Under the pieces are notes generated by a model that saw nothing but the letters and a program-made list of their open reading frames with translations, searched no databases and had not been told where the DNA came from. Positions 16,342-25,107 of a stretch of 56,730 nt of DNA are shown here, in pieces. Source of the stretch: an uncultured Candidatus Saccharibacteria bacterium. Lineage in GTDB: Bacteria; Patescibacteriota; Minisyncoccia; Phycocordibacterales; DATDWN01. Each line of letters opens with the position of its first letter. Positions within the stretch are counted from its first letter, which is position 1. The stretch covers positions 1 to 56,730 of the forward strand of contig CAYJEE010000002.1 of the NCBI GenBank assembly GCA_964369145.1. Direction: 5' to 3'. The translations under genes and the position numbers were made by a program.

Positions 16342-18696
16342 TTATAGAGAAATCATATGAGACCAATTATCCCCCACCGAAGCATTGGCGACACAAATAA
16401 CCCCCTCTGTCTTTTGCGGATCAATCACATTTTCCATAAGTTGCCTAATCGCAGGAGCGATTTTTTCTACCACATCTTTTTCAACTTCATACACAAGCTC
16501 ATCATGCACCTGCAAAAGTAGATGTACTTTTGTATCAAGCTTTTCTTTTTTGAGATATTGGTCTATATGTATCATCGCAAGTTTGATTACATCCGCTTCT
16601 GTTCCCTGTATTGGCGCGTTGATAGCCATGCGCTCAGCCTGAGCTTTCATAAACGGAAGCTTTGAATGTATCTCTGGGAAATATCGTCGTCGCCCAAAAA
16701 ATGTCTCAGTGTACCCTTTCTGAGCAGTCTCTCGTTTTACTTTTTCTAAATATTCAGCAAGTCCTGAGAAAGTGTTGAAATATCCATCCAAGAATTCTTG
16801 AGCTTCTTCTTTACCTACTCCCATATTTGCTCGGAGTGCATTTACTCCCATACCATACATCACACCGAAGTTGATTGTCTTTGCATGAGATCGCATCGTC
16901 TTGGTCACCTCGCTTGGCTTCACACCAAACACACGGCTTGCTACTTCTGTATGTACATCCTGACCGTTTTTAAAAATCTCAATCATTTTTTGATCGCTCG
17001 ATAGAAACGCAGCGATACGAAGCTCGATTTGAGAGTAGTCGAATGCCATGAGCACACTTCCTTTTTTTGCTACAAAGGCGGTGCGAATCTCGCGACCAAT
17101 ATCTGTCTTGTTTGGAATATTTTGAAGGTTTGGGTTTGCCGATGCCATACGTCCAGTACTTGCTCCATTTTGTAAAAAGCTCGCATGGAGTCGCCCTCCC
17201 CCGTCCACCATCTGAGGTATCGTATCGATATATGTTCCTAAAAGTTTTGCGAGCTCACGATACTCGAGCACGTACCCCGCTATCGGATACTCTTCTTTCA
17301 TCTTTTCAAGCTCAGACTCTTTTGTTGAAAATCCTCCTGAAGCATTTTTCTTTTGACCTTTAATTGAAATACCCATTTTCACAAAAAGAATTTCACCGAG
17401 CTGTTTTGGTGAGGCAATATTGAACTCTTCTCCCGCTTCTTTCCAGATTTTAGCTTCGAGCTCAGCGAGCGTTTTATGGTGTTTTTCTGAAAGTTTTTTG
17501 AGTACCGCAACATCCACCTGAATACCCACTTCTCGCATCTGGTCTGTAATCGACATAAGCGGTTTTTCTATTTCTTCCCAGACATACGTAAGGTTTTGGT
17601 CAGCGATAATTTTCTCGAGAGCTTGTATCGCATCGGTGATTGTTTTTGTGCGGGTATATGAAAGCAAATCATCTATACTTGGATTTGTTTTGTTTGAATC
17701 AATCACCCAAAACATCAATGAAGCTTTTCTCACGTCCTCCGGTGATGCTTCGGTGTATTCTTCGGACACTGTAAATGAAAACGCTTCAGCAACTTTACCT
17801 TTCAGTGCTCGAAAATCTAACTCTGAAAGAAAGTTGGTGATTTTTTCTTGATCAACTCCGGGGATCCACTCAGTTTCCGGAAGTGTAAAATGTATCGGCC
17901 CATCCCGTCTGATCGTAGCGAGCATTTTTGAAAAAAGTGCTTCGTCTTTTCCTCCCTGTATCTTCTCCAAAGTTTTGCCTTTTATACCCACTTTTTCAAA
18001 CTTTTCAGGGCTTCTTTCGAGCACCTGATACATTTCTTCAATCGAGCCGAAGTTTGAAATCAAAATCTCTGCTGTCTTTTCACCAATCCCTGAAATACCG
18101 ATGATGTTGTCAGATGGGTCTCCTCGAAGACCTTTGTAATCTGGCAAAAGCTCTGGACCAAAACCAAAACGCTCTTTGACCACATCCTCATCGTACACAA
18201 TCGTATCTTTGATACCTTTTTTGAGTGTATACACGCGCACCTTGGTACCAGAGACGAGCTGAAGTGTATCCATATCCCCTGATGCGATCACCACATCGAG
18301 ATCTTTTTGTTCTTTTGTTTGTTCGACAATAGTCCCGAGCATGTCGTCAGCTTCAAAACCGGGAGATGAGTAGATGGGAATATTGAATGCCACACAAATA
18401 TCTTTTGCACGCTCAAGCTGTACCACAAGTGCTTCGTCTGTTTCTTTTCGTCCTGCTTTGTATCCACCGTATACTTCATGTCGCATCGTAGGTTCAGGTA
18501 GATCAAAACATGCCGCAATATAATCTGGTTTGAGATCTTTGATGAGTTTCAAGAGGAGTGTACAAAAACCATACAACGCCCCGGTCGGCTCCCCTTTTGT
18601 CGACATGAAGTCTGGAAGTGCATGGTAGGCACGATGCAAGATGGCGTGAGCGTCGAGTAACACCAGAGTTTTTTTATGTGTTTCTTTTTTAGCCAT
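16342..18696 (-). CDS. polA: DNA polymerase I (5'-3' exonuclease plus polymerase domains)
   Basis: 784 aa. N-terminal 5' nuclease (LLDAHAILHRAYHA, GFEADD), polymerase motif A (DYSQIELR), motif B (RSHAKTINFGVMYG), motif C (QVHDE). Confidence 0.95.
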   Translation of the reverse strand: MAKKETHKKTLVLLDAHAILHRAYHALPDFMSTKGEPTGALYGFCTLLLKLIKDLKPDYIAACFDLPEPTMRHEVYGGYKAGRKETDEALVVQLERAKDICVAFNIPIYSSPGFEADDMLGTIVEQTKEQKDLDVVIASGDMDTLQLVSGTKVRVYTLKKGIKDTIVYDEDVVKERFGFGPELLPDYKGLRGDPSDNIIGISGIGEKTAEILISNFGSIEEMYQVLERSPEKFEKVGIKGKTLEKIQGGKDEALFSKMLATIRRDGPIHFTLPETEWIPGVDQEKITNFLSELDFRALKGKVAEAFSFTVSEEYTEASPEDVRKASLMFWVIDSNKTNPSIDDLLSYTRTKTITDAIQALEKIIADQNLTYVWEEIEKPLMSITDQMREVGIQVDVAVLKKLSEKHHKTLAELEAKIWKEAGEEFNIASPKQLGEILFVKMGISIKGQKKNASGGFSTKESELEKMKEEYPIAGYVLEYRELAKLLGTYIDTIPQMVDGGGRLHASFLQNGASTGRMASANPNLQNIPNKTDIGREIRTAFVAKKGSVLMAFDYSQIELRIAAFLSSDQKMIEIFKNGQDVHTEVASRVFGVKPSEVTKTMRSHAKTINFGVMYGMGVNALRANMGVGKEEAQEFLDGYFNTFSGLAEYLEKVKRETAQKGYTETFFGRRRYFPEIHSKLPFMKAQAERMAINAPIQGTEADVIKLAMIHIDQYLKKEKLDTKVHLLLQVHDELVYEVEKDVVEKIAPAIRQLMENVIDPQKTEGVICVANASVGDNWSHMISL

Positions 18697-19138
18697 GAAT
18701 ATATTCTATTGTAATCTCACGTTCCACCTCTGAACTATGTGCAAGTTTGACTTTAACATGCTCTGGCATAATATCAGCGATCAATTCCGGCCATTCAACA
18801 ACGATAAGATTGTGAGGGTTTGCGATAATCTCTTCCCAACCAAGACGAAGCATCTCGTCGGACTTTTCAATACGATATGCATCGATGTGAATAAGGTGAG
18901 AAAACTTTTGATTTTCAAGTGTGTATATTTTTTCGATTACAAATGTAGGACTCACCACTGTATCAGACACACCGAGCGCTTGAGCTAAGCCCTGGGTAAA
19001 CGAAGTTTTCCCTGCTCCGAGGTCGCCGTAGAGCCCGAGCACTGTCGCTTTGTTTTCTTGTGGACCAAGGTTTTTTACAAATTCTTTTGCAAAATCTTGT
19101 GTTTCCTGGAGGTTGTGGAGTGTTTTACGTTCGTTCAT
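18689..19138 (-). CDS. tsaE: tRNA t6A biosynthesis ATPase TsaE
   Basis: 149 aa. LYGDLGAGKTSFTQGLAQALGV...VSPTF pattern. 8-nt overlap with the polA start. Confidence 0.85.
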   Translation of the reverse strand: MNERKTLHNLQETQDFAKEFVKNLGPQENKATVLGLYGDLGAGKTSFTQGLAQALGVSDTVVSPTFVIEKIYTLENQKFSHLIHIDAYRIEKSDEMLRLGWEEIIANPHNLIVVEWPELIADIMPEHVKVKLAHSSEVEREITIEYIHG

Positions 19139-19161
19139 GACAGTATTTTAGCATAGAAAAA

Positions 19162-19183
19162 GGGCCCGGCGTATGCCGGACCC
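19162..19183 (-). terminator. G+C-rich intrinsic terminator of the 19202-19915 gene
   Basis: On the minus strand: GGGTCCGGC-ATAC-GCCGGGCCC followed by TTTTTCT. Confidence 0.65.
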
Positions 19184-19201
19184 TGAAGGTCACCGAAGTG
19201 A

Positions 19202-19915
19202 CTAATAAAACCTGATTTCCCAAACGGAAGTGTTCATCTGCTGGTAGCTGTTGCCACCATACAGATAAAACTCTTGGGAGCGAGCGATCTTGCCCGCCGC
19301 GTTCCCGTCAACTGGCTGAGCGATGTACGAAAACCGCACACCACTATACCCAGTTTCAAGAAATGGGACAATCGAGCGAGACAAGGTGACGGTGCACCCG
19401 GCGGGCAAATCAAGGATTTGCCCCGATTTGTTGCGGTTCGGGTCGATAGCCGAAATTCGCAACGTAAATGGATGGGTATTGATTACCGTCACCCGATTGA
19501 ACGCTTGCCACCTGCTGTAAAGTAGGTGGCCAGTGTTGTAGACACGAACATGTTGTCCCTCTGGACACGAAATGTCCGCATTCCCTTCTGCTTGGTTTTC
19601 CCGCTCCTGCCGTTGCACCGCACGACGATGCGAGAGGTATTTCTCCTTAGTTTGCTGTTCAATCCGCTTGTGGTCAACCTTCAGAAGCTTCAGATCGGTC
19701 TCCAGCTTCTTTTTATTCAACACAACCTTCTCCTCTTCGATTTCCGCTTTGATAAGGATAATCGTCTTGTCGAGCTGCGCAAGGCAGCCAACAGGATCGG
19801 CCGGTCGGGTCTCTTCCCAGCACGGACCATTTTTCCGTTCATTCAGCGCAAGCGCCGGAAAAGAGAAAACCAGGGTCAGCCACAGAATTACCATCGGACG
19901 AAAAATCTTGCTCAT
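19202..19915 (-). CDS. secreted hypothetical protein, compositional outlier
   Basis: 237 aa. Signal peptide MSKIFRPMVILWLTLVFSFPALA, a coiled-coil segment and a C-terminal beta-rich domain. AAGGAG lies 6 nt upstream of the ATG. Lines counted by hand give 48-58% G+C versus 35-42% for neighbouring genes. Confidence 0.6.
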   Translation of the reverse strand: MSKIFRPMVILWLTLVFSFPALALNERKNGPCWEETRPADPVGCLAQLDKTIILIKAEIEEEKVVLNKKKLETDLKLLKVDHKRIEQQTKEKYLSHRRAVQRQERENQAEGNADISCPEGQHVRVYNTGHLLYSRWQAFNRVTVINTHPFTLRISAIDPNRNKSGQILDLPAGCTVTLSRSIVPFLETGYSGVRFSYIAQPVDGNAAGKIARSQEFYLYGGNSYQQMNTSVWEIRFY

Positions 19916-19963
19916 ATTGAGCTCCTTGGAAAGAATTTGGACGGATTTGGGATACGTCCTTCC

Positions 19964-19980
19964 GGTGTATATTATACACC
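19964..19980. promoter_or_regulatory. palindrome GGTGTATA-T-TATACACC overlapping the -10 (TATAAT on minus, 19976-19971) of the 19202-19915 gene
   Basis: 8+1+8 perfect inverted repeat in the divergent spacer to pilB. Operator-like. Confidence 0.4.
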
Positions 19981-20056
19981 ATTTATAGCATACTTGTCAA
20001 TAGCACGGAGGATACTTTTTTGCTGCTCTACACATGCCTTTTGTAGCATTTTACTC

Positions 20057-20062
20057 TATACT
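20057..20062 (+). promoter_or_regulatory. -10 box TATACT, 6 nt upstream of the pilB ATG
   Basis: tatact-atacgt-ATG(20069). Confidence 0.45.
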
Positions 20063-20068
20063 ATACGT

Positions 20069-21745
20069 ATGACTATCGATTTTGATGAAGATAAACAAGA
20101 CAAGCGAGTAGCGTTGCTTCGAAAACAAGAAGAAGAGCATCTCGCGCAAACCATGGCGTCACGTCTCGGCCTCCCCTACCTCGATCTCACCGTGGTGCCG
20201 ATTGATATCGATGCACTCCGGTATGTATCGGAGCTCGAAGCTCGCGAAGCGTCCCTCGCTGTCTTTAGTGTGGTTGATAAAAAAGTATCTGTAGCTGTCC
20301 TCTCTCCTGAAAACACACAAGCTCAAGCGATCATTAAGAAAATAGAAGGCAAAGGAAATAGTGTTGACCTTTTTATGGTTTCTCATACGAGCCTCGAAAA
20401 GGTGTGGTCTCGTTACAAAGATCTTTCGTTTTCTTTTGAAACAAAAGGTGGTGCGCTTGATATTTCAAATGACCAAATCACTGATTTTCTTTCATCCGTA
20501 CACACCACTGCAGATGTAGCCACACTCATCAACGAGGTGCTCTCGATGAAAAAAGCGTATCGTATCTCTCGTATCCTCGAGATTATCCTTGCGGGAGCGA
20601 TTGCAATCAAAGCATCCGATGTACACTTCGAACCAGAGGAGGAGTATGTGCGTCTCCGGTATCGTCTTGATGGAGTACTGACTGATATTGTTGAGTTTGA
20701 TCTTGAAACATTCAAACTTCTCCTCTCTCGTATCAAACTTATCTCAAACCTCAAACTCAATGTCGGTGGTGCACAAGACGGACGCTTTAGTATTAAACTT
20801 TCAAATACAGAGATTGAAATCCGTACCTCACTTCTTCCGGGAGCATACAGCGAGTCGGTGGTGCTTCGAGTCTTGAACCCTGATGCAATTTCTGTGGGAC
20901 TTTCAGAGCTTGGTATCAACGATCACCTTCTTAAAATCCTCATGCATGAGATCGAGCGTCCAAACGGAATGATCCTCAACACTGGACCAACAGGGTCTGG
21001 TAAAACAACAACCCTGTATGCATTCTTGAAAAAGGTGCACGTACCGGGAACAAAAATCATCACTATTGAAAACCCGATCGAATACCATCTTCCTGGTATC
21101 GTACAGACACAGACAGATGAAAAGAAAAACTACACCTTTATCGAGGGACTTCGCTCAGCACTTCGCCAAGACCCAGATATTATTATGGTGGGAGAAATCC
21201 GTGACAAAGAAACTGCGGAGACTTCAGTCAATGCCGCACTCACTGGACACCTGGTGTTTTCAACACTTCACACCAACAATGCAGCAGGCACCTTCCCTCG
21301 TCTCGTAGATCTCGGTGTAAATCCAAAAACACTTTCTTCAGCTATCAATATAGCAATGGCGCAACGTCTCGTCCGAACGCTTTGCACGGAATGTAAAAAA
21401 CAAATACCGATTGATGAAAAAGATAAAAAAATAATTACCGACGCACTTGAAACAGTGGTTGATAAAACTCAAATCGAAGGGGTCCAAACCGAACATTATT
21501 TTGAAGCAGTAGGATGTGAGCACTGTAACAACACCGGATACAAGGGGCGTATCGGCATCCACGAAGCCATCCGTATGACAGATGAGATTGAAAAAGTAAT
21601 CAACGAAAATTTAAGTGAACGAGAGATTAAAAAAGCAGCAGCACCGCAAGGTATCCTCGACCTCAAACAAGACGGGGTAATAAAAATACTTCAAGGGATT
21701 ACAACGCTCGACGAATTATCTCGTGTTGTCGACATGGAAGCATAA
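20069..21745 (+). CDS. pilB: type IV pilus assembly ATPase PilB (GspE family)
   Basis: The track ORF (19526-21745) has a spurious N-terminal extension antisense to the neighbouring gene. True start MTIDFDEDKQ at 20069. GspE N-domain, Walker A GPTGSGKTT, Asp/His boxes, C-terminal CxxC...CxxC. Confidence 0.9.
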   Translation: MTIDFDEDKQDKRVALLRKQEEEHLAQTMASRLGLPYLDLTVVPIDIDALRYVSELEAREASLAVFSVVDKKVSVAVLSPENTQAQAIIKKIEGKGNSVDLFMVSHTSLEKVWSRYKDLSFSFETKGGALDISNDQITDFLSSVHTTADVATLINEVLSMKKAYRISRILEIILAGAIAIKASDVHFEPEEEYVRLRYRLDGVLTDIVEFDLETFKLLLSRIKLISNLKLNVGGAQDGRFSIKLSNTEIEIRTSLLPGAYSESVVLRVLNPDAISVGLSELGINDHLLKILMHEIERPNGMILNTGPTGSGKTTTLYAFLKKVHVPGTKIITIENPIEYHLPGIVQTQTDEKKNYTFIEGLRSALRQDPDIIMVGEIRDKETAETSVNAALTGHLVFSTLHTNNAAGTFPRLVDLGVNPKTLSSAINIAMAQRLVRTLCTECKKQIPIDEKDKKIITDALETVVDKTQIEGVQTEHYFEAVGCEHCNNTGYKGRIGIHEAIRMTDEIEKVINENLSEREIKKAAAPQGILDLKQDGVIKILQGITTLDELSRVVDMEA

Positions 21746-21805
21746 AATCTCCAAAATCACTTTATCTACACTGTTGAGTTTAAAAAAATTAAAGTAGATA
21801 CGTAA

Positions 21806-21955
21806 CAACTTAATATAAATATATATTTTTAGCCTCCGGAGGGTCTGAGCCGGTGTTGTCAAGGCATTCCTTCTTGACAACTCAGACCCGAGGACAGCCA
21901 AAAGTGCTCGCTGGAGACTTTTGGGAAGCTAAAAAAATATATTTATATTAAGTTG
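21806..21955. other. 150-nt Y-shaped palindromic element D (28-bp closing stem plus two G+C-rich hairpins)
   Basis: Arms caacttaatataaatatatatttttagc (21806-21833) and gctaaaaaaatatatttatattaagttg (21928-21955) pair at 27 of 28 positions. Inner stems GGGTCTGAG/CTCAGACCC with GTTGTCAAG/CTTGACAAC, and CCAAAAGT/ACTTTTGG. Confidence 0.5.
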
Positions 21956-22046
21956 CGGATTATACCTAGTTGCCACTCATTTTTTTTAGAGTTGTAGTGA
22001 GAAAAATACTTGCGCAGGCTCTATAATTGTGAATAATTATATGCAG

Positions 22047-22088
22047 ATACAAAAACAACATCTCCTTGCGGGATGTTGTCATTGTATT
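22047..22088. other. two-tier hairpin downstream of a consensus TATAAT (22022-22027)
   Basis: atacaa-aa-acaacatc-tccttgcgg-gatgttgt-ca-ttgtat. Confidence 0.4.
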
Positions 22089-22102
22089 GTTGAAACAATA
22101 GA

Positions 22103-22270
22103 GTTCCAGAACATAAATCTCTAAGCGACACTTTTAATATCTATACCAAAAGCTAAGTGATTCGCAAAGGATAGTCACAGATAACACCGAAATGTTACCC
22201 AGAACGTCCTCGCAGGATACACTCGTAAACCCGTAAGGGCCCAGTCGCTTAGAGATTTATTTCCTGGAAC
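22103..22270. other. 168-nt palindromic element E (27-nt arms around a 114-nt core)
   Basis: gttccagaacataaatctctaagcgac (22103-22129) versus gtcgcttagagatttatttcctggaac (22244-22270), with 3 mismatches. The core contains TCCT-CGC-AGGA and CCC-GTAA-GGG (GNRA loop). Confidence 0.45.
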
Positions 22271-22329
22271 AAAAAAATAAGCACATCGAGCGCAAAAGAC
22301 ACAGTGCTTATTCATCTAGGAGTCTATCA

Positions 22330-22335
22330 TAGAAT
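22330..22335 (+). promoter_or_regulatory. -10 box TAGAAT, 7 nt upstream of the ruvB ATG
   Basis: tagaat-aaatttt-ATG(22343). Confidence 0.45.
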
Positions 22336-22342
22336 AAATTTT

Positions 22343-23350
22343 ATGTCAAGTACCCCGAAACAACCCCTCAAACAGCCCGATGATTCCCTCTTTCTTGATA
22401 CTACGCTTCGTCCGTCACAATGGGATGACTACATCGGACAAAATGTAATTAAAAAAAATCTACACATCCTTTTAACTGCCGCAAAACAGAGAAATCACCC
22501 ACCAGAACACATCCTTTTTTACGGCCCCCCTGGGCTCGGTAAGACCACTCTCGCTCACCTCATTGCAAAAGAGCTTGGTGTACAAATGAAAACTACATCA
22601 GGACCTGCTATCGAAAAAGTGGGTGATCTTGCATCCATCCTCACAAACCTCTCACCGGGAGATATTCTCTTTATTGATGAGATACATCGACTCAATAAAA
22701 CAATTGAAGAAATCCTCTACCCTGCCATGGAGTCGGGCTCACTTGATATCATCATCGGCAAAGGTCCCAGTGCTCGTACGATACAGCTCGAACTTCCTCC
22801 GTTTACACTCATTGCAGCGACTACCCGAATCGCGATGATCTCCTCTCCTCTTCGTTCTCGCTTCTCTGGTGGTATTCATAAGCTTGAATTTTATTCAGAC
22901 GAAGAGATACAAAAGATTGTGGAACGTTCTGCAGGAATCCTCGGAGTCACTATTCACCCTCAAGGCGCACAAGAAATCGCCAAACGAAGTCGTTTTACTC
23001 CTCGTACTGCCAACTACTTTTTGAAACGTGCTCGAGACTTTGCTCAAGTACACAACACCGAACTCTCACTCGAATCAGTCAATCAAGCACTTGAGCTTCT
23101 TGGAGTCGATGTGGTCGGTCTCACTGCAGCTGACCGAGAAATCCTCGAGACCATCATTCATAAATTTTCAGGTGGTCCTGTCGGACTCAACACCATCGCC
23201 TCATCACTCTCTGAAGAAGAAGCAACAATTGAAGAATTTAATGAGCCATACTTGATGCAAATCGGGTTTATTGACCGCACACCTCGCGGACGCACGGTGA
23301 CGGAGCTTGGATATAAGCACCTTGGATTGACTCCTCCTACCATTCTTTAA
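22343..23350 (+). CDS. ruvB: Holliday junction DNA helicase RuvB
   Basis: ORF opens at 22304; likely start MSSTPKQ at 22343. LRPSQWDDYIGQ, Walker A GPPGLGKTTLA, Walker B FIDEIHR, sensor and winged-helix C-terminus. Confidence 0.95.
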   Translation: MSSTPKQPLKQPDDSLFLDTTLRPSQWDDYIGQNVIKKNLHILLTAAKQRNHPPEHILFYGPPGLGKTTLAHLIAKELGVQMKTTSGPAIEKVGDLASILTNLSPGDILFIDEIHRLNKTIEEILYPAMESGSLDIIIGKGPSARTIQLELPPFTLIAATTRIAMISSPLRSRFSGGIHKLEFYSDEEIQKIVERSAGILGVTIHPQGAQEIAKRSRFTPRTANYFLKRARDFAQVHNTELSLESVNQALELLGVDVVGLTAADREILETIIHKFSGGPVGLNTIASSLSEEEATIEEFNEPYLMQIGFIDRTPRGRTVTELGYKHLGLTPPTIL

Positions 23351-23359
23351 GTTGACATC

Positions 23360-23683
23360 GTGCCTTGTTTTGATAGATTTCAAGTAGAGGTGCCTGTGGA
23401 GTACGAACAATTTAAAGTTGGTGATATAGTTCGGTGGAAGCGACAACTGCTCACTGAAAACCTTTTTACAATATTCCTTACTCTTGTTGTGGAGTCTGGG
23501 GAAACTGGCTCTGGTTTTTACAAAGTTACTGCTATTAAGGAAGTGAGTTCAGATCAAGTGCTTAATTGTATGCACAACCAGACACTCACACTTGAGCATA
23601 TATACGGCCACTTAAGTGGCGAAACCTTTACGTTTGGAGGTACGGCAGACGGCGTCCCTGGTTTCTGGTTTCAAAAACATTAG
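23360..23683 (+). CDS. hypothetical protein
   Basis: 107-aa ORF from a GTG; start uncertain. Followed by a good terminator. Confidence 0.4.
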   Translation: MPCFDRFQVEVPVEYEQFKVGDIVRWKRQLLTENLFTIFLTLVVESGETGSGFYKVTAIKEVSSDQVLNCMHNQTLTLEHIYGHLSGETFTFGGTADGVPGFWFQKH

Positions 23684-23687
23684 CTTC

Positions 23688-23716
23688 AAATGCCGACGGT
23701 AACCCCGTCGGCATTT
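23688..23716 (+). terminator. intrinsic terminator
   Basis: aaatgccgacgg-taacc-ccgtcggcattt. Confidence 0.75.
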
Positions 23717-23762
23717 AACACACTCTTGATTCTTCCATCCAATTTCTATATTCTACATATAT

Positions 23763-24293
23763 ATGTCAGGACATAACAAATGGTCAAAAATTAAACGACA
23801 GAAAGAAAAGACTGATGGGCAAAAGTCTAAGGTATTTAGTAAATTCGTTCGTCTTATTACTGCGGAGGTGAAGGTAGCCGGAGGCAACATCTCATCTCCT
23901 GGTGTGCGCACTGCTATTGAAAAAGCAAAATCAGAAAACGTACCAAACGACATTATTGAACGTGCAATCAAAAAATCTTCGGAGCCAAGTGAGGCAATGG
24001 AGTCAATCACCTACGAAGCCTATGGTCCGGGTGGATGCGGTATTGTAATCGAGGCTTTAACCTCAAACCGGAACAAAGCTGCACAGGAAGTAAAGTTCAT
24101 TTTATCAAAGCATGGCTTTTCACTTGCAGGCATTGGATCAGTCACTTGGGCCTTTGAGCGAGGCGGTGACATGAGCTGGAGTGCTTCAACTCACATTCCC
24201 CTTTCTGACGAAGATGGGGAGAAATTGGGCAACTTGATTGATGAGTTGGAAGAGAATGATGAGGTGCAAAATGTCTATACAAACGCCGAATAA
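23763..24293 (+). CDS. yebC: YebC/PmpR-family protein, short form (176 aa)
   Basis: MSGHNKWSKIKRQKEKTDGQKSKVFSK..., NVPNDIIERAIKK, YEAYGPGG. Clearly YebC-like, but shorter than the ~240 aa usual for the family. Confidence 0.85.
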   Translation: MSGHNKWSKIKRQKEKTDGQKSKVFSKFVRLITAEVKVAGGNISSPGVRTAIEKAKSENVPNDIIERAIKKSSEPSEAMESITYEAYGPGGCGIVIEALTSNRNKAAQEVKFILSKHGFSLAGIGSVTWAFERGGDMSWSASTHIPLSDEDGEKLGNLIDELEENDEVQNVYTNAE

Positions 24294-24308
24294 AATCCAA
24301 CAAAAGTA

Positions 24309-24468
24309 ATTTTAAAAGAGCGTCCTCGTCTTTTGAGAAATGCCGCGCACTTTCTTTGACCTTCCGCAGACTCGCTTCGCTTCGGTCCTGAGTACAGGAC
24401 TTGGTGCTCACGGTCTAGCAGAAAGTTCTGGCATTTCTAACAAAAGTCTGCGAATGCTCTTTTAAAAT
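24309..24468 (+). ncRNA. 160-nt rod-like structured element F (candidate small RNA)
   Basis: Pairing blocks of 13+6+9+7 bp: attttaaaagagc / cttttg / agaaatgcc / actttct on the left, with agaaagt / ggcatttct / caaaag / gctcttttaaaat on the right. They enclose a G+C-rich 64-nt core with GTCCTG-AGTA-CAGGAC. TAAAAT box at 24291-24296; U-rich tail after 24468. Confidence 0.45.
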
Positions 24469-24507
24469 CATTTTGTTTCCGTGCGACAAATAACTATAAC
24501 TTTCTTA

Positions 24508-24516
24508 TGGTAAAAT
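24508..24516 (+). promoter_or_regulatory. extended -10 box TGGTAAAAT, 6 nt upstream of the ruvC ATG
   Basis: tggtaaaat-tacttt-ATG(24523). Confidence 0.5.
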
Positions 24517-24522
24517 TACTTT

Positions 24523-24996
24523 ATGATACTTTTATCCATCGACCCAGGGTTTGAACGCTTAGGGCTCGCCATAATCCAAAAAGAAGGGCGGGGTAAAGAA
24601 ACACTTCTCTATTCTGAGTGTTTTAAAACATCTGCAAAACTCCCCCACCACGAAAGACTTCGTCTTATTGGAAATAAAATAAAAGATGTTATTGAACTAT
24701 ACAAACCAACCGAACTTGCAACTGAAAAACTTTTCTTTAGTTCAAATCAAAAAACAGTGATCCCTGTCGCTGAAGCTCGCGGAGTTATCCTCTTTATTGC
24801 AGGAACATACAACCTGAGTGTCTGTGAATACAGTCCTCCTGAAATCAAAGTGGCGGTGACTGGATATGGAAAAAGTGACAAACGACAGATTATGGAGATG
24901 GTACCTCGACTCATATCTCTCCCTAAACCCATCACTTCAGATGATGAATTTGATGCGATTGCGATAGGACTAACTCATTGCGCAATCAAACGTTAG
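24523..24996 (+). CDS. ruvC: crossover junction endodeoxyribonuclease RuvC
   Basis: 157 aa. MILLSIDPGFERLGLAII (catalytic D7), ...TEKLFF..., C-terminal DEFDAIAIGLTH. Confidence 0.9.
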   Translation: MILLSIDPGFERLGLAIIQKEGRGKETLLYSECFKTSAKLPHHERLRLIGNKIKDVIELYKPTELATEKLFFSSNQKTVIPVAEARGVILFIAGTYNLSVCEYSPPEIKVAVTGYGKSDKRQIMEMVPRLISLPKPITSDDEFDAIAIGLTHCAIKR

Positions 24997-25107
24997 ATGT
25001 CCACACACTTCTTATTTGCAAAATATTCAATATCTGATACAAATATGGAGACTTAAAATGAACATGTGTCACTTTAAGTACATTTACTATATTATATTTC
25101 AAAAAGC

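Noticed and set aside
19526-20068. N-terminal 181 codons of the 739-aa track ORF (19526-21745).
   Set aside because: This stretch is antisense to the G+C-rich gene 19202-19915 and has no PilB-like sequence. The GspE-type protein begins at MTIDFDEDK (20069), right after a -10 box, so the long open frame is a by-product of high G+C on the opposite strand.
22041-22124. 27-codon ORF (MQIQKQHLLAGCCHCIVETIEFQNINL) downstream of the TATAAT at 22022, as a leader peptide or small toxin.
   Set aside because: It has no SD, the ATG is 14 nt from the -10 box (neither leaderless nor leadered geometry), and the sequence coincides with the stems of hairpin 22047-22088. This is probably non-coding.
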